Assembly (NCBI RefSeq): GCF_964204645.1
Contig: NC_134033.1
Span: 1,322,131 to 1,386,130, forward strand
Source: Tubulanus polymorphus
Lineage: Eukaryota > Animalia > Nemertea
Direction of reading: 5' to 3'
DNA: 64,000 bases
Shown: positions 1-12,545 of the stretch, in pieces
Numbering within the stretch: position 1 is the first letter of the stretch
Layout of the letters: each line of letters opens with the position of its first letter
The notes under the pieces: generated by a model
What the model was told of the DNA's origin: nothing
What the model saw: the letters and a program-made list of their open reading frames with translations, nothing else
Database searches by the model: none
Position numbers and translations under genes: made by a program

Positions 1-559
1 TAGGCTCTCTGGACCCATGTCTACGGTTACATATGGCCCCGAGACCCACAGTAAGTGGGGAACCTATATTCTTACAATGAATCCAGCTCTCTTAAACCTG
101 AGTTGTTTAGGTTTGATTTCCTCTCAGGAACCACTTATACAGTTTGGGGCTCAAAATAAAACTCATTTGGACGAGAAAAAAAAACAAACATTACAAACGC
201 TTTATTTCCGATATGTTTGTACTGCAATGATCTCAAATCCGCGACTGGCGGTAAATTTCAAAATTCGATTGTGAAATCGAAATTTAAACAGACGCAAATG
301 TGCACAGTTTTTTCTTTATCGACGAAAAGTTTCCAAATGTTTATAGATTCCTGTCGATTGATTTTCATTGACATTTTGCAGATAGTGAGTTAGAAAATAC
401 CGCAGGGTATGATGCGTTACGAACACCGCCATAGTGTCTGTCTCCTTACATAGGGCGCCGTGTTATCTGTGATGTTGTATTGAAGTTATTTATGCCTTGA
501 TGATTGGGGAAAATTCATAAATCAAGGACTTTTCAACTTCAAACTTCCAAAATTCTTTC

Positions 560-997
560 CTCTGCCCCAGCCTCTGTCTACTGTCTCTGTTTCTATCTCT
601 ACCTCTGCCTCTTGTTCTGCCTCCGCCTCTGCCTCTGACCCTACCTCCGTCTCTGTCCCTACATCTACCTCTGCCTCTGTTTCAGCCTCTGTCTCTCCCT
701 CTCCCCCTGACCCTACCTCTGTTTCTGCCCTTGCCTCTGTCTCTACCTCTGTCTCTGTTTCTGACTCTGTCTCTCCCTCTCCCCCTGACCCTGCCTCTGT
801 TTCTGCCCTTGCCTCTGTCTCTGTCTCTACCTCTGTCTCTGTTTCTGACTCTGTCTCTCCCTCTGTCTCTGTTTCTGACTCTGTCTCTCCCTCTCCCCCT
901 GACCCTGCCTCTGTTTCTGCCCTTGCCTCTGCCTCTGCCTCTGTTTCTGCCTCTGTCTCTCCCTCTCCCCCTGACCCTGCCTCTGTTTCTGCCTCTT
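560..997. repeat. Pyrimidine-rich hexamer (CTCTGY) low-complexity repeat
   Basis: cctctg/tctctg repeats; the source of spurious RG/PL ORFs. Confidence 0.9.
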
Positions 998-3596
998 CCC
1001 ATTTGCTTTCGACATTGTTTCAAATAAATAACATCTTCAAAGATTGTGATGAAGAGTTGACGTGTATATAGCGATCTGAGACTGTGACACTCAGACGCAT
1101 CGAATCCAGTGATATATAGTAGTACATTGTAGGCTACAATTCAATCACTGTTAATCAACTGATTTAAGTTGATTGCGTAGTTGTTGAGTGTGGAACGTTT
1201 AATAATGTTTGTGGAGTGTTTAGCGGGTTAGACGACAATCTCGCCCGAGGGAGGCGGGAGAGGACAGCGGGAAGAAAGACGGGTTATCAAAGTTCAGCTC
1301 GAGCCTCACGTTTCTAAAAGGGTCGCTTGATGAATTCGATGTTCTCGAATCTCTCATTCGTTCAATGAATATTCTTGTCACTTTTCGTGACTCAGAAAAC
1401 AGACACAGTGTAACACGTGAGTAAACTTCGAGTTAGAATTATTTACCTGGTGAAAGGGAACGAAATAATCGTTTCGCGGGAACGAAACGCTTTTCGTGGG
1501 ATTCATAATCTTTTCGTTGGATGGACTACGAAATGTTCCCCCGAAAATAAAAAATCGATGTATTCTTTCACCATGTCATCGCCGTACATTTCAACACGAC
1601 CGGACTGTGGACTTGGATCCAGGATTATAGACTATAGTTCCTTAAACTTTTCCATTCTTTTATTATTTGTAGTTTGAAAAATGAACTGGATTTAGAGCTA
1701 TAATTCGCAACTTTGGAGCGTCGTCTAATCTTGCGCGTCTTCGATCTAAAATCTAAAAACTTAAAACACGTATGAAAATATGGAAAATATCCCTAGAGGA
1801 GTCAGTTTGAAGTTTTTTTTTCGAATTTAGAGTCGCCTTAAGCAGCCGTTTTCTACGATCGTCGCAGACGATGGGAAAGAAACGGTTTTGACTTTCAAAC
1901 GTATGGGGAGACTTTTAAAATCGCGTGTTCAGTCAGTCAGTGCCGGTATTTGAAATGTATCGTCGTCGTCGTCGTCGTCGTTGTATCCCCGGGCGACGAT
2001 TTTACTCAACAGTAGCGGCAGTTTGCTTTGAAGAACGCGACAATGTCTGCGTTTGATTAGCCAAGTGTTTTTCGTATCGTCGATAAAGGGGTAGGGATTC
2101 TACCCCTCAGGCGCACTCGCCTCGCGTCCATTGAAACTAAAATTGTGCTGAACTTCTCAAAGTTCAAACCCGCTGCGAGTTTTTTTTTTTAAATAAAGTC
2201 GGGCGAATATATTGTAAGTTTAAAGCTTATAGATAAAATTTGTTAGAAACCCCTTTAAGTTGGCAATTTCACTTTGACTGCAAGGGTCTTAATGTTGCTG
2301 ATCGTTTTGGTCAGCCTACCGGTTTTGATGGGCAAGCAACAGTCGTGATTCAGTTGTGTCTAAGTTTTAAATTGATTAGGTTTAGAAAATGATACCTTGT
2401 TTCTCAATTTCTGCTCAGCTTAATAGTTGACCCAGTCGGCCGCCTATCTACCTTTTCTAAAATCATGATCAAGCTAACAATAACAGACCCGGCAGTTATA
2501 GAAATGAACTGATTACAAATACTACTGCATGTTAGGCTACAAAATGGCCAAGCCGATTAGGAAAGACCAGGTACGTCATTGTACATGGAGGCTAAATTAT
2601 TTTCTAGCCTGAATAAACGTGTTATTAGTCGTCACTCTTTGGTCACAGGTCGAATCGATGTAAACATTTTTTCTGACCGAGTTCATCATGGATGATTAAA
2701 ATCAGTTGCGTTTAAACACAGGAAAGTTGCGGCAGTGTCATTGTCGGTTCAAAATCAATCTTCTTAGCCGCGCGAAGAAGCCGCCATGTTTTTGTCAGGA
2801 ATCGGGTGGCTCCACTAATATCTAAATCAAAATTGTCGTGGCGATATCAAAGGGTGGCTCCAGGTGATTTTGTCGTCTTGAACAATATTCATTATGGATT
2901 ATCCAGTTTACTTTCATGTCCGGAAAAAAAAACGATCCCAAAACTGTTCTAAAGCGCTCCTTGTTTCTATATTTACCCTCATGTAAAGCCTTTATGCGAA
3001 ATGAAATAAGACATTACTGAAATAATTTCGCGACATTTCCGATCCACCGGCCTCTTTTTCTCTGAAAATATTCAGTGATTTGTCCTTCTCGGCGTCCGAT
3101 TCGTATAAATTTCCATAAGAATATCGTAAATTTCGCCGGTGAAACGCGCTAACAGAGCGCGTCGTTATTTCTGTCGTTAAGTATTTGATTTCGTCGCCAG
3201 GCATTTTCGCTGCAGTGCACGACGGTAATACGTGTAATATTATAAAACCGTTAATACAATAGACATCGCCGAGAGCTAGTCATGTTTTATTAAGTCGAAC
3301 CGAGTCGAAAATATGACAAAGATCGTTTCATTATGATCATCAGTATTCGTCGAATAAAGATGGAGGTAGATGTGATGAAATTCTGAAACGTTTGATGTTG
3401 TTGGCGACGAGTGCGACGAGGGACCCGGGTGCCGCTGCGGGCGTGAATGGGAAAGGTGATGAATATACGACGACTCGCTTTGATCATCTCAAGATTTGAT
3501 GATGAAAATAAGACCACATCACAAAGAAAGACGGTGTCGGCATTCTAAGCTATAAATGACAACCGTATCATTCTCGATGACTTCAAAACGATTCGA

Positions 3597-4025
3597 TGAA
3601 ATTAGTCAAGCTGGCTACTGATAACGACCTTCTCATTCTCATTCTCAATGACTTCAACGATTCACTAGTCATCAGTTACTACTGACGATCTTCCTTACTT
3701 TAATCAACTTCAATAAAATTGTTACTAATGCCGACCTTCACATTCTCAAAGATGACTTCAATGATTCGGTAAAATTATGATTAGTTACTAATGACGACCT
3801 TCTCATTCTCAATGACTTCAACGATTCAGTAAAATTATGATTAGTTACTAATGACAACCTTCTCATTCTCAATAACTTCAACGATTCAGTAAAATTATGA
3901 TTAGTTACAAATGACGACCTTCTCATTCTCAAAGATGATTTCAACGATTCAGTAAAATTATGATAAGTTACAAATGACGACCTTCTTATTCTCAAAGATG
4001 ACTTTGACGATAGTTACTTATGACG
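3597..4025. repeat. Degenerate ~60-63-bp tandem repeat
   Basis: ttagttactaatgacgaccttctcattctcaatgacttcaacgattcagtaaaattatga repeated about 5-6 times. Confidence 0.88.
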
Positions 4026-4640
4026 ACGACCTCAACTTAATCCAATGAAATTAGTAAGGCCATTGACTGTGAAACGTTATAGAGTACATAGTTTTGCCAA
4101 CTAATGACGACTTATGACTTAACTGATTCAATAAAATTATGATTATATTTGACCCTCGGGACTCGGTTCTATAAACGTCAAGCTGAGGCTCATATTCTAA
4201 GTGAGAATGTATTCAATGTTGATGTCATGTTTGTAATGTCGGAGTTCGTCATCGGTAGGAAATATTGAGGTTAACATTCGTGTACACACAAATACTGTCG
4301 GTTCATTTCCTGGTGCGACTTGGATCTCAGAGAGAGAGAGAATGAGAGAAAGAGAGACAACTGCCTGAAGGTAATCGACGGAACGCCGAGACTTCCTCGG
4401 AACAGACGGACGGACAATCGAGTTATGTATTTACGGGATCTGAAAGTATTATTTGATATGGAGCAATCGCGAACGATTCTTTGTGTAGTAGGAAATATGC
4501 TAAACATGCGCGATGTGTCTGGGGTTTGAAGAGCGGTTTGTCTGTATATTGATGACCCGATAAAATGACCATCAGTATTTTCCGTGCAGTGTCCAGTTCC
4601 GAATAAGAGACAAGGGTTTTCTGTAATTCTCAAACTCTGT

Positions 4641-6398
4641 TTACTCAGTATTTGACTCCAACTCGGGGTAGAATTTTACCGGTCTCAACTTTACCGCAGT
4701 AAGAGACAGAGTCTACTGTATTTCACAAACTCTTACTCAGTATTTGACACCAACTCGGGGTAGAATTTTACCGGTCTCAACTTTACCGCAGTAAGAGACA
4801 GAGTCTACTGTATTTCACAAACTCTTACTCAGTATTTGACACAAACTCGGGGTAGAATTTTACCAGTCTCAACTTAACCGCAGTAAGAGACAGAGTCTAC
4901 TGTATTTCACAAACTCTTACTCAGTATTTGACATCAACTCGGGGTAGAATTTTACCGGTTTCAACTTTACCGCAGTAAGAGACAGAGTCTACTGTATTTC
5001 ACAAAACTCTTACTCAGTATTTGACACCAACTCGGGGTAGAATTTTACCGGTCTCAACTTTACCGCAGTAAGAGACAGAGTCTACTGCATTTAACAAACT
5101 CTTACTCAGTATTTGACACCAACTCGGGGTAGAATTTTACCGGTTTCAACTTTACCGCAGTAAGAGACAGAGTCTACTGTATTTCACAAACTCTTACTCA
5201 GTATTTGACACCAACTCGGGGTAGAATTTTACCGGTCTCGACTTTACCGCAGTAAGAGACAGAGTCTACTGTATTTCACAAAACTCTTACTCAGTATTTG
5301 ACACAAACTCGGGGTAGAATTTTACCGGTCTCAACTTTACCGCAGTAAGAGACAGAGTCTACTGTATTTCACAAACTCTTACTCAGTATTTGACACAAAC
5401 TCGGGGTAGAATTTTACCAGTCTCAACTTAACCGCAGTAAGAGACAGAGTCTACTGTATTTCACAAACTCTTACTCAGTATTTGACACCGACTCGGGGTA
5501 GAATTTTACCGGTCTCAACTTTACCCCAGTAAGAGACAGAGTCTACTGTATTTCACAAACTCTTACTCAGTATTTGACATCAACTCGGGGTAGAATTTTA
5601 CCGGTTTCAACTTTACCGCAGTAAGAGACAGAGTCTACTGTATTTCACAAACTCTTACTCAGTATTTGACACAAACTCGGGGTAGAATTTTACCAGTCTC
5701 AACTTAACCGCAGTAAGAGACAGAGTCTACTGTATTTCACAAACTCTTACTCAGTATTTGACACCGACTCGGGGTAGAATTTTACCGGTCTCAACTTTAC
5801 CCCAGTAAGAGACAGAGTCTACTGTATTTCACAAACTCTTACTCAGTATTTGACATCAACTCGGGGTAGAATTTTACCGGTTTCAACTTTACCGCAGTAA
5901 GAGACAGAGTCTACTGTATTTCACAAACTCTTACTCAGTATTTGACACCAACTCGGGGTAGAATTTTACCGGTCTCAACTTTACCGCAGTAAGAGACAGA
6001 GTCTACTGTATTTCACAAACTCTTACTCAGTATTTGACACCAACTCGGGGTAGAATTTTACCGGTCTCAACTTAACCGCAGTAAGAGACAGAGTCTACTG
6101 TATTTCACAAACTCTTACTCAGTATTTGACACCGACTCGGGGTAGAATTTTACCGGTCTCAACTTTACCGCAGTAAGAGACAGAGTCTACTGTATTTCAC
6201 AAACTCTTACTCAGTATTTGACGCCAACTCTGGGTAGAATTTTACCGGTCTCAACTTTACCGCAGTAAGAGACAGAGTCTACTGTATTTCACAAAACTCT
6301 TACTAAGTATTTGACACCAACTCGGGGTAGAATTTTACCGGTTTCAACTTAACCGCAGTAAGAGACAGAGTCTACTGTATTTCACAAAACTCTTACTC
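4641..6398. repeat. Minisatellite, 92-bp unit x ~19
   Basis: Unit ttactcagtatttgacaccaactcggggtagaattttaccggtctcaactttaccgcagtaagagacagagtctactgtatttcacaaactc. Copies start at 4641, 4733, 4825 and so on. Confidence 0.97.
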
Positions 6399-6832
6399 GA
6401 TAATGGACAGAGTCCATTTTCCGGGGCAATTTTTTCGAAGCTCCGATCGAGCGATAGATAAAAATCCAGATGCAATTTTCCCGTCTCTCGCTGTTCTCGG
6501 CGATGCTTTTACTCTTAACGGTTTTTGAACGGATGCGCATCGGGTTGATCGTCTGCTGCGGATTGACTCGCACCGCGCATGACGTACCTCGTCGCTCTGA
6601 TACGAACCGTCGCCGATTTCTCATTCGACGCACGGTGGAACTGACGCTCGTAAATATTCGCTTGTAACGCAATTTCTGACGAATCAACTGCCAGTGGACG
6701 CCTCACCGAAAAACAGAGCACTGAGTAATTTCTATGAGGAATTTCTCCGAGGAATTTCCTGTGATAGGTCACCGCCATTTTCTTTCAAAGAGTAAGCTTA
6801 AGTCTAAGCCATGACTGTGCAACTGGCCCCTG

Positions 6833-6970
6833 GGGCCAGTACCATAGTCGTGACTTGAGACCAAAACTGGTCTTAAACCTCAAGACTGGGCTTAAGTTGT
6901 TAGATTGGCCAAAGAACTAAGTTTGTCTTAGACCGATCTTAAGTCTAAGCCATGTCTATGGAACCGGCCC
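6833..6970. mobile_element. PIF/Harbinger-like MITE with CTG TSD; interior carries the 47-bp satellite unit
   Basis: ctg|GGGCCAGTACCATAG...CTATGGAACCGGCCC|ctg. A right end of the same family abuts it on the left (6798-6829). Confidence 0.7.
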
Positions 6971-7704
6971 CTGGAGCCTTGTTGCTGAGCATTTTACATT
7001 GCCCAGCCTTGTGAGCAGTAGCCGTTTCTGTGCCCTGACGTTGCAAATATGAAACATATGGACACACTTGTGAAGGAATATGAAAAATCCTTCGTACCCT
7101 CTGTTGAGAAAACAACGAGAAAAGTCGACTGTAAAAATGTGAAAAAATATGGAAATTCCAGACTTCATCCATGTTTCCAGTCTATATTTAGAGATGTAAA
7201 TTTTTGCTTGTTCCCAAAATAGTTCGCCATAAATAATTCCATCTTCCCGACGATTTATTTATAACTTTTCTGGAGACACGGAGACCTGTTTGAAGCGGGT
7301 TATAGATAGTAACAATGAGACGGGATTAGATTTCGTGATTCGATCGCTGGTTCTGTTCGCTACACGGCACCGACCCACGTAATATCTCACCGAATCTCGC
7401 AGAAAGCTTTTAGTTATTTCGTTTGATGTTTCATCCGTCGAACCGGAACTACATTTCGGGCGTCCGTCTGCTGCTGTAGTCGATTCGAAAGTAGTGCGTC
7501 GAGCGCGCAAATTCATCCGCCTCGCTCTTCTCTCAAATGCGCGTTGGTTTTTTATAAGTATTTCTTTAGGCAGGAATGATTTTAGATTGAAAAGAAAACA
7601 CTTCTTGATAGTACGGTAACCACACTCGAAAGTGGTGAACAGATGATAAGATAAAACCCACTATTTACAAATTAAAAGAAATTTAAAATCGAGAATTTAT
7701 TATT

Positions 7705-7748
7705 AAAACCTGACGATGATCTCTAGGGTGAGATCGAAACGTCTTGTT
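7705..7748 (+). ncRNA. Minimal hammerhead-like motif, second family, stem I degraded
   Basis: aaaac-CUGACGA-U-GAUCUC-uagggu-GAGAUC-GAAA-C-GUC-uuguu. The core is intact and the 6-bp stem II pairs perfectly with a different sequence from the 54-kb family. Confidence 0.65.
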
Positions 7749-9547
7749 CTTATATTTCAGATTGTTCAGATTGAAGTAAATTCTCGATTTTAGAATTCTT
7801 TTAATTTGTAAATAGTGGGCTTCTAGAGTGCATAGCTGTGGAACTTGTAACAGATCTGTGTTACTCTGGTCCTTAAATATCATCAATTCCTCCCAATGGG
7901 GACGATCTGATTTTGACAAAAAATCGGCAAAATTGTGAAGTAGCATTTTTAACGAACCAAATCGACACATGGAATCAGAGGATGTTTTTAGATGAAATCT
8001 CGAAAATGAGATGATCTAGAAAAATCTATCACTTGTGGGGTTTTTTAAGCGAATTTAAATTCAGTAATGAAAATTTTATTCTGAATTTTATAAAGACATT
8101 ACAAAAGCTAACAGACAACACGTTGATTCATTGTTGTTCTGTGCAGGGGGGGGGGGGGTACTTAATGCCCAGACCCCAATAATATCTTATGGGAGATTAC
8201 ATTACAAAGTCAACGGATAAAATGCTGATTCATAGATGTACTGTGTGCGAGGGGGGAGGGGGGGTTATTTAATGCCAATCCCCGAAATTATCTTTGCCAA
8301 TTGGCAAATTATCAAATTTGCCGCCAGTGAGACTTAAAAACAATAATTAGAAAGTGAATAGGATGAATTACTGCTGCTGTTGTGCTGTTTATACCCGGGG
8401 CAGTTCAGAGGACTCAGCCTTCAGCTGTAGATCAATTATCAGTCAATTCAACTTGTTTCCAATCGATGCAGAATAGAAAACCCGAACAAACGAGTTTTAA
8501 TAGACCGACGACGCTTGAAGCGAGTTGAGTTTTAGTTCCAGTAGCTACTGCCGCTGCCGCCGCTGCTGCTGCTGCTGCTGCGGTACCGCCGCCCACACCG
8601 CATTGCTGGCTTACTGCCCGGCACAAACTGCGGAGTCATTTCAGCATGCTAAACAGCTATGTTTCGTCGGGGCGTCTATTTTGATTCAGAGTCACGTTAG
8701 TGCTGGCATGTCAACACTCAGTTACAGTATGTGCTTGCAGTTATCTATATCAGTAGAGGGTGGCTCCGAAATATCTTGGTCGCGATTTTTGGAGCCACGC
8801 CTTTGTCTTGGAGCCGAGAAAAACAAGGCAACGTGTATGTGCTTGGATCATGCCTATCTATATTGGTTGGCTTTGTGAATGATATATGATGGAGCCTATT
8901 AATTCACTTGATGGCTCCAAGAATATTTAAGTCAATATATTTGGAACCATTTGGGATATCCCTATCTGTAAAATTGGTGCTTTCAAAATATCAGAAAACC
9001 CACGGTCTAACTTTGGAACCCGGAGGATACCCATGTCGCCGTGTTTGAGCCAACTCCATCCATTCTGTAGCAGTGAGATGACTTGGTCTAACCGAGGATT
9101 GGTTTTTGGAGCTGAATTTGAACTGTTCAACGCGTCCAAATCAAACACACAATATTTCATCAGAATTCATACTTCAATTTTCTATATATCTTTTTTTATC
9201 AACCGTAAGTTCGACTTGTACCGACACTACACGTTAGAGGCTGCTACTCGTTCGCTACCAGCGGAAGAACGGGTGGTACTTTTGGAATATAAGAAGCTCT
9301 TTAAAACCCTCTTCAAAGATATCGCAACAAACGACAGGCCGGTTGGTTTAGTGGCGCATATATCACACTTCAAATTATATTCGCTTTATTTACAAACTCA
9401 CGGTCTTTAAACGATATCAAGTTCTCACAAGTGAAGTAGAGAGATAGAGGGAGAAAGAGAAGGAGAGAAGAGAGAGAAGAGAGAGAAGAGAGAGAAGAGA
9501 GAGAAGAGAGAGAAGAGAGAGAAGAGAGAGAAGAGAGAGAGATACAT

Positions 9548-9830
9548 AACCAATCTAACAACTTAAAACCAGTCTAAGCTCATTTGAATCAATATCCAAA
9601 CTCAGTTGTTATCAGAAAATGATAGCGGGTATTGTTTAGTGGATAGTTACCACACCTGACAGGTCACAACGCACGCCGACCATTGACCTGACTGGTCACC
9701 GCATAGCTGACCGGGCAGACATTATGACAAGACAAACTTGCAAACTTAATCGGTCGCTAGAATTTCATGGTCTAGTGGTAAAGCGCTGGGTTTACATCGC
9801 GGAGTCCCAGGTTCAAATCCTGATGAGTGT
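9548..9830 (+). mobile_element. Composite repeat ending in a tRNA-derived (SINE-like) head; homolog on minus strand at ~28160-28420
   Basis: A-box-like TGGTCTAGTGG and B-box GGTTCAAATCC. The upstream block atcaga.aatgatagcgggt.ttgtt and the 47-bp unit are shared with the inverted copy, which has TGGTCTAACGG and GGTTCGAGTCC. Confidence 0.6.
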
Positions 9831-10332
9831 TCGGTTAGGATTACGGGCGAGCTACCGTTAGTTCAACTGGTCACCGTGGTTTTACTTCGATTTCATCCGA
9901 AGATATAAATTTTGCGGCAAGAATTTTTAAACTTGGATATAATTGTCCTAGTAATCGGACTGATAAAAAACTTGCCTCTCGAAGAGTAACCGCGCTCGAT
10001 CGGTCGCCGCGCGGTTCTATAAACAGAAATATGTAAAGGTGAACAGTCTGTATGTAGTGGGCCGCTTGAAAAGGTTACCATCAAAAGACAGACCGCGTTC
10101 CTAGAAACCAACCGCCCTTATAATGTAAGGGATGGCGCTCTGAACATTACTCCGGTTAAGAGAGGTTCTGAACTATCCCAGTTTCTCTACAGTGAGTGGT
10201 TGCGGGTGTGGGCTCTCTTTTGGCAGTGACTTGTTAGAACGTTGCGTCGTTATATCCGAAAATGATACACACCCAAAAAAAGGTGGATATTGTCTGAAAA
10301 GGTCACAACAATCGATAGAATTACATCAAACC

Positions 10333-10747
10333 CACAGGGACCTGACAAAAAAATTTTTTTAGTATCCTAGGTACTATATATATATAAAAAACAAAGGACT
10401 CTCCGTCAGATCGGTCGATAGGTATGTCACTTCAACAGTTCGTAACTTCGTTATTGATAATCTAATCCGCTTCAAGTACGATTATTCTTAAAGATAACGA
10501 ATTTCTGCGTTAGACTGGGTGGTTTAAAAAAGATTTGAGTGCCTTTGAGATTGTTAAATCGTTCGATTAATCCGAAAAAAAAATCGGCAAAATCCGTCTG
10601 TACCGCACCAGCCTGGAAATAAATATGACCATGATTTTTGAAAACAATTACGGCGCTTTCGACCAGAAATTTTGGCTCCCTTGTTTTTTTTATATATATA
10701 GTACCTTGGATACTGGGGTCAAAAATCTTTTTTGTCAGGTCCCTGTG
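10333..10747. mobile_element. MITE, 415 bp, ~60-bp TIRs, 8-bp TSD (P-element- or hAT-superfamily, non-autonomous)
   Basis: Termini CACAGGGACCTGACAAAAAA...TTTTTTGTCAGGTCCCTGTG. Flanked by perfect ATCAAACC direct repeats (10325-10332 and 10748-10755). Confidence 0.9.
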
Positions 10748-11256
10748 ATCAAACCTGATTCCTGGACTCTGGACGACTGCCCCTCTTGCCCTCGCCACCT
10801 GCGAGAGAGAACTAGTTTATATGATCAAAACAAAAATCTTCACAAGCCTCTCGTGAGACATCGAACATCTTCACAGCCACATGACTGGCTAGTCGTGTAT
10901 CATGATATAGTTTATTGAGCGGTTGGTTTGTTAGTAAAAGCATCAGACAGTCTGGTGGACGCTCAATCTCCTCCAAACACGAGTTTGTCCCACTCTCCAC
11001 AATGTCGGTATTATTATTGGTCTCGCGTATTGCCGCAGATGGATATTTATCGGTTTTTATATCGTTTTACCACCGCTTTTCAAAGTAATGACGAATTCCT
11101 CCGCGGCCAGCCACACATTGACCAGTCAAACCAAGCACTTCTGGTCGTTCCACACATATCAACTCGAGTATATTGTCAAGTTAGGTTCCGGAATCGGTTC
11201 CACAGCTGTGACCTTCACTTACATCTTCCTTAGAGGCAAAATCATGTCTATTGCCT

Positions 11257-11480
11257 CAGTTCCACAGTTCTGGAACCAGTTCCACAGTTCCCGACTCAGT
11301 TCCACAGTTCTTGACCCAGTTCCACAGTTCTGAACTCAGTTCCATAGTTCTGAACTCAGTTCTGGATCCATTTCCACAGAGTGTTCCGGACCCAGTTCCA
11401 CAGTACTAGACCAAGTTCCACAGAGTGTTCCGGACCCAGTTCCACAGTTCTAGACCCAGTTCCACAGAGTGTTCCGGAAC
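11257..11480. repeat. ~20-bp tandem repeat (cagttccacagttc...), TIR-like; inverse array at 39546-39692
   Basis: Repeated cccagttccacagttctgaa / gaactgtggaactgggttca. Confidence 0.88.
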
Positions 11481-12008
11481 CTCGGGTCCTGATCATCTTC
11501 TTAAGTCAGTCACTTAAAGGAACAGTCTTGAGATTCAAGATCACTTTGGACTTAAAGTCCTGATTTATAATAAGACTTATTAACAGGGTCAATCCCTATT
11601 TCAAGATAGAATAAAAACTCAAACAATAAAGATACACTATTTATTGTTTTTATGATTCGTTCAATATCGACTGAAATACGAAACTATGAACTGTTTTCCG
11701 AACGAATTCTTTCTCGTCGAAATAAACGCCAATTTATCCGATTTCTCCGTAACGGAAATAATGCATTTCGATTCTGTTTGTGTGAACAGACAAGGTTAGA
11801 ATATGAAGTAGTTCTTTATCTGGAGTTTTTTTTAGAATTTTATATCGACTTGCTCGTGACAACGAGTGATATCCGAAACTGCGTCGTGGGCTGACGAAAC
11901 GATTTCGTGCTGGCAACACCGGAAAACGCCATCGGGTGCAAAATACTTCGTCGACTTCAAAGCGGCTCCAGTCGGATAGAATTCAGATACATTCCGTAAT
12001 CAATAGCC

Positions 12009-12545
12009 GTAGTCACTGTACTGCTCTGGCAGTTGAGGATTCATCCGACAATCGTGCGGACACCATGGGGCGAGAAGGTCTCCCTTGTCTTTGGCATAGT
12101 CACTGTACTGCTCTGGCAGTTGAGGATTCATCTGACAATCGTGCAGCCACTAGGGGTCGATACTGCGTGTTGTCTTAGGAGTCACCGTACTGCTTCGGCG
12201 GTTGAGAATTCACCAGGCAATCATGCAGACACTAGGGGTCGGTAGTGTATCTTGGCTAGCTCAGACAGTTGAGAGTTCCTCTGACAATCGTGCGGCCACC
12301 AGGGGGCGAGAAGGTCTCCTCTTATCTTTGGCATAGTTACTGTACTGCTCTGGCAGTTGAGGATTCATCCGACAATCGCGCGGCCAACAGGGGGCGAGAA
12401 GGTCTCCTCTTATCTTTGGCATAGTCACTGTGCTGCTCTGGCAGTTGAGAGTTCATCTGACAATCGTGCGGCCACCAGGGGGCAATAGTGTCTCCTGTCT
12501 TTGGTATAATCCAGTGGATTCCTTTACCAGCCACTAGGGGCCTCA
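12009..12545. repeat. ~86-88-bp tandem repeat x ~6 carrying CTCF-like motifs
   Basis: catagtcactgtactgctctggcagttgaggattcatccgacaatcgtgcggccaccagggggcgagaaggtctcc... Confidence 0.85.

Noticed and set aside
682-1027. RG-rich, PL-rich and ER-rich ORFs here and at 13214-13783, 15595-16110, 19630-20238, 21983-22361, 34755-35199 and 56271-56819
   Set aside because: They are translations of purine/pyrimidine microsatellites, open in several frames, with no splice or domain support.
4641-6398. Regular arrays (92, 60, 69, 35 bp) as possible CRISPR arrays
   Set aside because: Units are repeated in full with no unique spacers, there are no cas genes, and the context is eukaryotic.
9766-9830. Functional tRNA gene (also 28160-28240)
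   Set aside because: A and B boxes are present but no convincing acceptor or anticodon stems, and they sit inside repeats. Treated as tRNA-derived repeat heads.
10750-11240. Possible LINE 3' ORF relic on the minus strand
   Set aside because: Only faint motif resemblance (LASHVAVKM, RPII). Not supportable without a tBLASTn/HMM search.
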